64,000 nucleotides of DNA from Candidatus Gottesmanbacteria bacterium UBA6580 (GTDB taxonomy: Bacteria; Patescibacteriota; Microgenomatia; UBA10105; UBA927): positions 9,950-73,949 of the forward strand of contig DJJA01000003.1 of the NCBI GenBank assembly GCA_002433895.1. Reading direction: 5' to 3'. The translations under genes and the position numbers were made by a program. A model generated the notes under the pieces. It saw nothing but the letters and a program-made list of their open reading frames with translations. It had not been told where the DNA came from and did not search any database. This document shows, in pieces, positions 31,774 through 39,556 of this stretch (position 1 is the first letter of the stretch; the number at the start of each line of letters is the position of its first letter).

Positions 31774-33168
31774 TCAACGGATTTTAGCGCCTACCGGCAT
31801 TCCTTCTGCGGAAACAAATTGAGGCTTTGTATCAGCGCCATCAACTGCCAGTATCATCCCCTGACTTTCTTCATTCATCATTTTGCGCGGCGCAAGATTG
31901 GTAATGAAAAAAAATTGCTTACCGGAAAAATCCTCGGATGTATAACCAAAACCCCGTACCCCGGTAAATATTGTCCGCGGCTTTTCTTCCCCGACATCAA
32001 CGACGAGCCGGATGAGCTTTTCACTCCCCTCTTTATTTGTAGCTTCAAGCACTTTCCCGACACGTAACTCAACACGGGCAAACTCATCAATGGAAATTGT
32101 CTTTCCTGATGCTGGTTTTGGGTAATCAAAAAATGAGTATTGTGTTGTTACTCCGATCGCGTTCCGTACCTGCGTCATCGTCTGTATGGCAATCGAGAGG
32201 GCGCGCTCCTGCCCTCGCGCCAGTATGTCCCTGACTAATTGAGGGTTACTTTTCAGTTCATCGTATGCCTTTCGTGCGGCACCAAAATATGCCATAAGGC
32301 TATCAAACAAATATTCTTTCACCTCAACATCAGACACCTTTCCTTCCTTATATTGTCCCTTAAGTGCTGCGACCTTGACGGGGTCACCAAAAAAATCGAG
32401 ATACGTAAATACCATGTTGCCTTCAATATGCCCTGGGTCTGTCGCGTGCTTCCGGGTGGGATCGGTGAACGTTCCCATAACTTGTTTTCGGATCACATCT
32501 TCTGACTCAAACATAGATATAACGTTACCGAGTGATTTACTCATCTTCCGCTGTCCATCTGTCCCCAACACCACTGCGACTTCTTCCGGGATAAACGCTT
32601 CAGGAAGCTTAAACACATTTTTCTTATAAATCTTATTAAAATGTCCGGCGATATCCCGCGTGATTTCTATATGCTGCTTCTGATCCTTACCCACCGGCAC
32701 CAGGTCCGCCTGATACAAAAGGATGTCGGCTGCCATCAGCATCGGATAACTGAATAACCCTACATTGATGTCATCCTCCTCAACCTCTTTCTGGAGTTTG
32801 TCTTTATAGGCATGCGCTCGTTTCAATAATCCCAAAGGGGTGACGTTATTAATAATCGACTGGCATTCGGTATGCATCAATACGTCCGACTGACGGAAAA
32901 ATATAATGCGGTCAAACTGCTCCACCGTCATAAATCCCTTGAGAAGTGCGAGCTCATTTAACACTAAGGTTTCAATATTATGTTGGAGCTGGCTTTTATC
33001 CTGAATTGTAGTAAGCCCATGCAAATCCGCGACCATAAGATACGTCTCATTTGATTTGGCGAGCTCTATAAACTGGCGTACTGCTCCCAAGTAGTTGCCA
33101 ATATGAAGACTCCCATCTCCGCTGGGCGTGATACCGGACAGCAACCGTTTATTTGTTGGCATATTCAT
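31774..33168 (-). CDS. trpS: Tryptophanyl-tRNA synthetase with C-terminal tRNA-binding OB domain
   Basis: HIGN, VPVGKDQKQH, KMSKS; tail ISIDEFARVELRVG...SQGMILA. Confidence 0.93.
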   Translation of the reverse strand: MNMPTNKRLLSGITPSGDGSLHIGNYLGAVRQFIELAKSNETYLMVADLHGLTTIQDKSQLQHNIETLVLNELALLKGFMTVEQFDRIIFFRQSDVLMHTECQSIINNVTPLGLLKRAHAYKDKLQKEVEEDDINVGLFSYPMLMAADILLYQADLVPVGKDQKQHIEITRDIAGHFNKIYKKNVFKLPEAFIPEEVAVVLGTDGQRKMSKSLGNVISMFESEDVIRKQVMGTFTDPTRKHATDPGHIEGNMVFTYLDFFGDPVKVAALKGQYKEGKVSDVEVKEYLFDSLMAYFGAARKAYDELKSNPQLVRDILARGQERALSIAIQTMTQVRNAIGVTTQYSFFDYPKPASGKTISIDEFARVELRVGKVLEATNKEGSEKLIRLVVDVGEEKPRTIFTGVRGFGYTSEDFSGKQFFFITNLAPRKMMNEESQGMILAVDGADTKPQFVSAEGMPVGAKIR

Positions 33169-33998
33169 ACATCCTCCTTATTGTAACGAATTCTTCTGAA
33201 ATTGCGTACACGCAATGACTGATACTGCTCCATATACATATGGAGCTTGCTTCTGTCGACGACCCGGTTCGTCATAATGGCTGACCCAACGATAATAGCA
33301 TCAGCGCTTGTAAAAAGCTCACCCATGTTATCGGGCGTTGATCCGCTCCCCACAACAACAGGGAGCCCCCGTCCGAAATGCCGCGCTATATGTAAATCCT
33401 TCATAATCGGCGCGACACCCGTCCACGTACCGGTAATAATAAGGGCATCTGCCCCCTTTTTTACTGCTTCGCCCACTGACTGCCGCAATGGCTTTGTTTT
33501 GTCGAGCATTTCAGAATGTTTCACCTGTACATCAGCAAGCACCGCAACGTGTTGCTCTAAACCCAATTGTTTCCGGTATGTCATCACCTCGTCTGCCCTT
33601 CCCACCATAATCCCGTAGTTTGTCGCCACATCATCAACGTATGAAGCCACACGGACAAACCGGGCACCCGTATCGCGGCAGATGTTAAGCGCTGTTTGAT
33701 AGCCGCTCCATAAGACATCAACGCCCACCGGTATATGGACTGACCGCACGACTGCATCCACGAGCCGTTTCATTTCCAACGCTTCCGCCTTGCGCACAAA
33801 TTCCCGGTGGGGCGTACTATAATTATTTTCTATCATGATGGCATGCACTCCCCCGTCCTCCAGATCTTTTGCCTCCCGGAGAATTCTCCGGCGGGTCACG
33901 CTAATCGGCTGATGTTCAGGATACCCCGCGAGCGGTGGTAAATGGATCATACCGATGATCGGCTTTCTCATTGGCAATACTTCTTTAAATATGTTCAT
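33165..33998 (-). CDS. BtpA/SgcQ family TIM-barrel protein
   Basis: IIGMIHLPPL, MIEN, ADVQVKHS, ITGTWTG, VGSG; ATGA overlaps at both ends. Confidence 0.9.
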   Translation of the reverse strand: MNIFKEVLPMRKPIIGMIHLPPLAGYPEHQPISVTRRRILREAKDLEDGGVHAIMIENNYSTPHREFVRKAEALEMKRLVDAVVRSVHIPVGVDVLWSGYQTALNICRDTGARFVRVASYVDDVATNYGIMVGRADEVMTYRKQLGLEQHVAVLADVQVKHSEMLDKTKPLRQSVGEAVKKGADALIITGTWTGVAPIMKDLHIARHFGRGLPVVVGSGSTPDNMGELFTSADAIIVGSAIMTNRVVDRSKLHMYMEQYQSLRVRNFRRIRYNKEDV

Positions 33999-35534
33999 AC
34001 TGTCCCTCCTTTTCCTGCAAATTTGTTTGTGATAGCGACATAGCGGTCAAGCTGCTCTTTACCTTTCCCGGACAACAACATGTCTAACCCATATTTGGTA
34101 CATTGCCGAAGCATCTCCCTGTTTACGTGCTTTTTCTTCCTGTCCAATGCGTTGGGATCCATCAGACACCTGCGGACAAAAATCCCCAACCCCACGGTCA
34201 TTGCCAAATACTTCGCCCGTGTTACATCCCGTCCCTCTATCGCAGTAATATTTGCTTCCATGATGGAGTCGTATGTATTGGGTATTGCGAGTGAACCAGG
34301 AAAAAAATCAGCAAGATCCCGCGGATCGTAAAAATCTTCCGGAGACAATATGTAGGTTCCCGCATTCTCCCCGTTCACTAAAAATGATGCGATAGTTTTG
34401 TACGGCGGCGGCGCCACCTCGTCCAGCACCACCACATGCTTCATAAGTATCGGATCCACTATGTTCTCATCATCGCTCGATACGAGTGTCCCGCAATATA
34501 CTGCGCTATTTTCGTATCGTTGAAACCCTTTTTGTGAAAGTATGGATAATGCGTCAACCACCACGGACGGATGCACTTTTTCATTTACTCCGATCATTGC
34601 GTGAACCGGTGTTTCGGAAGACAGGGTAAATGCCAACGGACCGATAACGTGATTTACTGTCTCCCCCTTTAGCTTGTGTGACAACGAATGAAGCGTTCTG
34701 GTATTATGACAACTCGTCATTAATACATTCGACTGGCACAGCACTTCCTCAAATGCCTGCGGCGTATGAAAATCGGACCGCGCACCAAATGCTTCAATCG
34801 CACTCTGTCCGGCAACCTTCGACGTATTTGGATATGAGTGGTGTTTGTGCACTGCTCCATCAACAGAGAGAGCAATTGCCGCCAAAGTAGAAAGGCTAAA
34901 CAGCTTCGTCGTGTGACTATTTAACGGATACCCCTTATCCCCGCCCATACCACCAAACGCCACAATTGGACCGTCATGGGTGGTTCTCACGACTGTATCG
35001 AGGTGAATAGTTGCCGCCACCATGCCGGCAATTTCCTCTGCAGTGAGACCGACATATGCTTCTTTCGTTGACATGGCGGAAAGCAACATCGTTGCCTGCA
35101 GCAAATGCGTATCTAGTGGCATGATATTTTTTAATTTCGCCCCGATAGCATCATGAAGCGGCCGGTTAAGAGCCGCGCAAACAAACACTCCTAGTCCGAA
35201 CGCCTCGTCAAACGTGAGCCGCTTCCCCTGCTCTATTTTTTGCTGAATTGTATAGTACCCTCCCTTTTCAAATAAATCTGACAGCCGTGATTCTACCTCG
35301 GCCACCTTACGCGCCAGGTCGTGTACATAATTCGTGTGCTGCGCCAACGTATTGAGACTTTTATTACTGTCTATCGCAACTGTTACCCCATCCATTTCTA
35401 CATATTTTTGATACGGCTCACCCCGTAACTGGATAAAGGAAACGTCGCCAAAGATACCCCGGGATTTCCTTTTGCACGGAAACCTCCGGGGCAACCTCCT
35501 TATTAACAAACATCCCCAAGCATTCTTTTGACAT
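33995..35534 (-). CDS. Divergent anthranilate phosphoribosyltransferase (TrpD)-like protein, split across a +1 frame change near 35452
   Basis: GGMGGDKG, SLST, KHHSYPNTSKVAG, NHVIGPL, LDEV resemble TrpD motifs; SD-led ATG 35534 opens a 38-aa frame ending at 35418, and the main ORF is in the +1 frame. Confidence 0.75.
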
Positions 35535-35561
35535 AGACACTCCTTTCAAAAAAATAACAAT

Positions 35562-35867
35562 AAAAAACCCCTGCAAATCCTTCAGTCCGCCGATTGGCGG
35601 ATGAAAAACTTGCAGGGGCCTATTATGGCGGTGCCACCCTGCTATTTGTTATTCTCATAAAAAATCCCGCCGATGGCGGGACGTCAGGTGAGAATAACCT
35701 CATTCATGACGAGCTCCGTTTCCTACGACACTCGTTCCTGTCTTTTTACGGTTTCGGCTCCGTACTTGATTTAAGAGTCAGCTCGCCCCGATATTATCGG
35801 GGCTGACCCGGTTCCAACCCTCCGGATCGACGCTTTTATTTACCCCGATTCAATCGGGGGTTATTTG
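35562..35867 (-). promoter_or_regulatory. T-box riboswitch, Trp-specific, transcriptional
   Basis: Antiterminator GCAGGG-TGGCACC-GCC...GGC-CCCTGC (35642-35612); terminator CCCCTGCAA...TTGCAGGGG-T6; TGG specifier at 35816-35814; TGCTATACT promoter at 35882-35874. Confidence 0.88.
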
Positions 35868-35928
35868 GAACTAAGTATAGCACAACCCGTCAATTTCCAA
35901 TATGTTACTGTCCTGATACAATATGAAT

Positions 35929-36216
35929 ATGGATCTGGGAAAGCTTTCCTACTACGCGCGGAAAATCCACCGTTTTCTTTTACTATTCGTCATTATTTTT
36001 GGTCTGATACAGATGGGTACCGGTATTGCTATGAGGTATCCCGCGCAATTTTCCATGGTTGATCAGGGAGCCGCATTGTCGCTCCACTACCAAACAGCAA
36101 CCTACTTTGCGGTAGCCTTTGGTCTCCAGATGTTCACGGGCATTATCATGTACCTTACACCGTGGCTTATCAAAACTTTCCGCCGGCCTCCAAAAACCAC
36201 TAATCTTCCAAACTAA
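35929..36216 (+). CDS. Small two-TM membrane protein (PepSY-TM/cytochrome b-like His pattern)
   Basis: RKIHR...TG and LH...TG helices; TGATACAAT 6 nt upstream. Confidence 0.65.
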   Translation: MDLGKLSYYARKIHRFLLLFVIIFGLIQMGTGIAMRYPAQFSMVDQGAALSLHYQTATYFAVAFGLQMFTGIIMYLTPWLIKTFRRPPKTTNLPN

Positions 36217-36271
36217 CTTTGCGGGCACCGTCTGAAGCTGGTATAATCCCAGTTGTACTCATCTTTCGTAC

Positions 36272-36344
36272 CGCGGGGTAGTGTAAAGTTGCACAGGAGG
36301 CTCATAATCTCCTAGGCTGGGTGCGATTCCCAGCCCCGCAACCA
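36272..36344 (+). tRNA. tRNA-fMet (CAT), initiator
   Basis: CGCGGGG acceptor with C1:A72 mismatch, CTCATAA loop, encoded CCA; TATAAT upstream. Confidence 0.9.
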
Positions 36345-36347
36345 AAT

Positions 36348-36381
36348 AAATAAGCGGCCATTGTGGCCGCTTTATTTTTTC
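36348..36381 (+). terminator. Intrinsic terminator
   Basis: AAGCGGCCA-TTG-TGGCCGCTT followed by a T-rich run. Confidence 0.8.
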
Positions 36382-36404
36382 TCGTGCTACACTAGGATCT
36401 ACCC

Positions 36405-36650
36405 ATGTGGCATACCTATATACTCCTCTGTCGTGATAATACCCTCTACACCGGGATCACAAACAATCTCAAAAAACGGTTTCATATGCATACGCATGGA
36501 AAAGGAGGCGCGTATACACGCTCCCATAAACCACAAAAAATTCTATATAAAAAACGTGCTGCGACAAAATCCGAGGCACTGAAACATGAAGCAGAAATTA
36601 AAAAGTGGTCGAGAACCAAAAAAATAACCACGCTGAAACTCAAATTATAG
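36405..36650 (+). CDS. GIY-YIG nuclease (UPF0213-like)
   Basis: YILLCRDNTLYTGIT, GAYTR, EAEIKK. Confidence 0.9.
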   Translation: MWHTYILLCRDNTLYTGITNNLKKRFHMHTHGKGGAYTRSHKPQKILYKKRAATKSEALKHEAEIKKWSRTKKITTLKLKL

Positions 36651-36655
36651 CCATC

Positions 36656-36696
36656 AAAAAACCACCCAAGGTTTCCCCGGGGTGGTTTTTCTTTTT
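36656..36696. terminator. Bidirectional intrinsic terminator
   Basis: A6-CCACCC...GGGTGG-T5 between convergent genes. Confidence 0.8.
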
Positions 36697-36713
36697 GAAT
36701 TCAAAAAGCGCTC

Positions 36714-37154
36714 TTACCAATCGCGTCCTCCACGATCGTCTCCGCGGTTATCACGTCGGTCAAATCCGCCGCGACCACCTCGGTCATCACGTCGTCCACC
36801 ACCTCCGCCACCGTATCCACCTCTTGAACCACCGCCACGATTGCCTCCACCAAATCCGCCGCCACCACCTCGGTAGCCACCTCCACCGCCTCGGTTTTCA
36901 CGGGGAGCCATCGGCTTGGCTTCATTGACCACAATGGATCGTCCATCCAATTGTGAACCATTCAAATCAGCAATCGCTTTTTGCGCGTCATCTGGGTTTG
37001 TCATTTCGACAAAACCGAAACCTCGGGATTTCCCGGTAAACTTATCGGTGATGACCTGTGCACTTGCCACCGGTCCCACTTGCGCAAAATGATTGCGAAG
37101 CGTGTCTTCTGTCGTATCCCAAGATAGTCCTCCAACAAATAATTTAGCTGCCAT
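36714..37154 (-). CDS. RRM RNA-binding protein with Gly/Arg-rich tail
   Basis: LFVGGL (RNP2), RGFGFVEM (RNP1), RGG tail; SD GGAGGTG. Confidence 0.95.
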   Translation of the reverse strand: MAAKLFVGGLSWDTTEDTLRNHFAQVGPVASAQVITDKFTGKSRGFGFVEMTNPDDAQKAIADLNGSQLDGRSIVVNEAKPMAPRENRGGGGGYRGGGGGFGGGNRGGGSRGGYGGGGGGRRDDRGGRGGFDRRDNRGDDRGGRDW

Positions 37155-37293
37155 AAAAAAATTCACCTCCTCAGGTATCCCAATCTATCACGTACCTATT
37201 AAACAAATGGCAACAGTATACGAACAGAAAGGTTAGATAGAGTTATTATACCATTTGACCCGCCGGAATGGTTCTTTTACACTAACATCACCT

Positions 37294-37866
37294 ATGACCT
37301 CGCGCGTTAACCGACCGGCATTTGCGATAGAACGGGTCATTATTTTTTTTCTTTTTGCGAACATTCTGATCCTCGATATCATCGTCATTGCAAAAATACG
37401 TAATACAGAGACTGTGCTTGGTACGACATCCAACGACACTTGCCCATCGTCATGCATCGCCCGTATAAACCAAGTGGCAGGAAAAACGTCAACCACAAAC
37501 GGCGTCAAAGAATACTTCGTACCGTTGGGATCCGGCACGAATGCAACCAGCGACTGGTCGGATGTTACTGGTGCAAGCGCCTACATTGATACATCCTCTT
37601 ATGGGAGGCTTAAAAAAGTAACATTCGAAGCAACCATTTCTCAACCGGTAAGCAGCCAAAAAATCTGGATTAGATTATTTAATGCGACAGACAAACATCC
37701 TGTTTGGAATTCAGAAATAAGCACCGATAACGCAGGTCCAATTTTGCTTATTTCCCCCACAATCACTCTGGATTCCGGCAATAAGCAGTACCAGGTGCAA
37801 ATGAAAACGCAGCTTAACGGAGTCACCAACCTTACCCAGTCACGCATCCATATCACCACCTACTAG
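37294..37866 (+). CDS. Membrane-anchored beta-rich hypothetical protein
   Basis: N-terminal TM, CPSSC, beta-sandwich-like composition. Confidence 0.7.
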   Translation: MTSRVNRPAFAIERVIIFFLFANILILDIIVIAKIRNTETVLGTTSNDTCPSSCIARINQVAGKTSTTNGVKEYFVPLGSGTNATSDWSDVTGASAYIDTSSYGRLKKVTFEATISQPVSSQKIWIRLFNATDKHPVWNSEISTDNAGPILLISPTITLDSGNKQYQVQMKTQLNGVTNLTQSRIHITTY

Positions 37867-37910
37867 CCTCATTGTTTTCCAGCCTCAATCTGATAAAATA
37901 CGGAAACCGA

Positions 37911-37985
37911 GCCAGCGTAGCTCAGTGGTAGAGCAGTGTCTTCATAAGGCATTTGTCGCAGGTCCGATCCCTGCCGCTGGCACCA
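37911..37985 (+). tRNA. tRNA (CAT), elongator Met (Ile2 not excluded)
   Basis: GCCAGCG/CGCTGGC acceptor, AGCTCAGTGGTAGAGC D-arm, TTCATAA loop, encoded CCA. Confidence 0.9.
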
Positions 37986-38005
37986 GATAGAAACCTCACT
38001 GGTGA

Positions 38006-38356
38006 TCAAAAAAATAACTCCACCCACTGCCGCCATAGCGCGACATTGCTCTTGTCCTTTGTTTCTCCCCCAGCAGTCTCTGTAGACCCAGGCATGATCA
38101 CAATCGTTTCACCCGGTTTGACCATGCCGAGCTTATCCCGGGCAATTCGCTCCACAAACTGCTCTCCACGGGCATCTTGTAGCGCATTTTCCAATGTCTT
38201 GTTTTCTTCCTGTAGCCGGACAAGATCGGCCTCCCGCTCGCTGACAATCCCACGGCGAGCCCACAGGTTAATGATGGTGCTACCCGCGCTTAGGCACAAA
38301 ACGAGGCTAATTACCCAAACGAGTATTTTTCCAATCTGAGGCTGTTTTAGTTGCAT
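38006..38356 (-). CDS. ftsB: Septum formation initiator FtsB/DivIC
   Basis: TM plus coiled coil plus ERIARDKLGMVKPGE. Confidence 0.88.
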   Translation of the reverse strand: MQLKQPQIGKILVWVISLVLCLSAGSTIINLWARRGIVSEREADLVRLQEENKTLENALQDARGEQFVERIARDKLGMVKPGETIVIMPGSTETAGGETKDKSNVALWRQWVELFF

Positions 38357-38471
38357 ACGTTGCGTTTACGTCCCGTATATGATATTATAGGCTTTAACAA
38401 AACAGCTATATCCCGTTCTCCTTTCTCCCTGTCTCCGGTTGAAACGGCTCTAGCTTTTAAATGTAATTATC

Positions 38472-39332
38472 ATGACACTCGACTTAAAAGGCGCTCACAA
38501 ACAATTCGTCGAATACCTGCAGTCACGCCGCCGTGCCCACGCTACCATCGTAGCATACAGCAAGGATATAGAGCAGCTTGTGGCGTTCCTTACCAATGCG
38601 GGCAAAAAGGAAATAACAACCGTTTCCCGCGAAGAACTTGAGGCTTTCTTAAAAAAGCTTGCCGCTGATAGCTATACGCCAAAATCAATCTCACGGAAAA
38701 TTAATTCTATGAAAACCTTTTACCGGTTCTTAAAAACGACCGGCGTGCTCGCATCTGATCCCGCAAGTGACATTGAACACCCGAAATACGAAATCAAACC
38801 GCCCCGCATACTCTCAAAACTAGAGTACCGCGCGTTACGGGATGCATGCCGTAGCGATGTACGAACACATGCTATCGTCGAGCTGTTTCTCCAAACGGGA
38901 CTCCGCATTGGTGAACTCGCCAACCTTATGGTTGAAGATGTCCGTCCCAGTGAGCTGCACGTTGCTGCCCAGGAAGGACACGAGGAGCGCATGGTGCCGT
39001 TAAATCGCGCCGGCCGCGAAGCATTAGATAACTGGCTTAAAGCCAGAAACAATGATACAAAATCCCACGCCTTATTTATTACCAAAACAGGACGGCCCCT
39101 TCTTATTCGCAATATCAGAACCGCAATTGACCGCTATTTCAAAGTCGCGGGCATTGAAGACGCAAAAGTAAATGACCTCCGGCACACTTTTATCGCCCAC
39201 CATCTTATGGCCGGTACACCTATCACCACCATAAGCAAATTGGTCGGTCATAAACGCCTATCAACAACTGAAAAATATCTTGAGTTCATCAAAGATAAAC
39301 AAACCGACCACGTAAAACTGGACGAACTCTAA
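38472..39332 (+). CDS. Xer-like tyrosine recombinase
   Basis: SAM-like N-domain, TGLRIGEL, DLRHTF, GHKRLSTTEKY. Confidence 0.9.
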   Translation: MTLDLKGAHKQFVEYLQSRRRAHATIVAYSKDIEQLVAFLTNAGKKEITTVSREELEAFLKKLAADSYTPKSISRKINSMKTFYRFLKTTGVLASDPASDIEHPKYEIKPPRILSKLEYRALRDACRSDVRTHAIVELFLQTGLRIGELANLMVEDVRPSELHVAAQEGHEERMVPLNRAGREALDNWLKARNNDTKSHALFITKTGRPLLIRNIRTAIDRYFKVAGIEDAKVNDLRHTFIAHHLMAGTPITTISKLVGHKRLSTTEKYLEFIKDKQTDHVKLDEL

Positions 39333-39352
39333 AGCGATTTGTATACTATAAA

Positions 39353-39556
39353 AGGCGCTTGTAGTCTGACCAGTCATCAGACGAGCCATCCGCACGAACA
39401 TTGGCATTCTTTGCTGATAAGTAATCGGAACGGGTAAGCCCGTCATAGCAGTAATGAGATCCGCCGGCTGGCGGAAACTAAGGTGGTACCACGGATTAGC
39501 GCGATTAACTGCGGCTGACTCGTCCTTATAGTAAGATATAAGTGGCGGGTTTTTTT
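39353..39556 (+). promoter_or_regulatory. T-box riboswitch, Val-specific
   Basis: Short stem I GTCTGA-CCAGTCA-TCAGAC with GTC specifier; GAAC/AGTA stem II; ACGGGTAAGCCCGTCA; TAAGG-TGGTACC-ACG...CGT-CCTTA; T-tract before valS; TATACT at 39342. Confidence 0.9.

Noticed and set aside
31009-32067. 352 aa plus-strand ORF and similar long antisense ORFs
   Set aside because: They are shadows of ftsH, trpS and other well-supported minus-strand genes and carry no motifs.
35418-35534. Classical trpL attenuator peptide
   Set aside because: It has a single Trp codon, lies downstream of the terminator and overlaps the main ORF, so a frameshift or indel fits better.
35510-35880. CRISPR-like array from clustered palindromes
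   Set aside because: The repeats belong to two families, are irregularly spaced and fit T-box structure; no cas genes are present.
36714-36900. CCA/CCG tandem repeats and a Pro-rich plus-strand ORF
   Set aside because: Explained by the Gly/Arg-rich tail of the RRM protein on the minus strand.
37911-39332. tRNA plus tyrosine recombinase as an integrated element
   Set aside because: No duplicated tRNA 3' end was seen, the neighbours are ftsB and valS, and the protein has Xer size and architecture.
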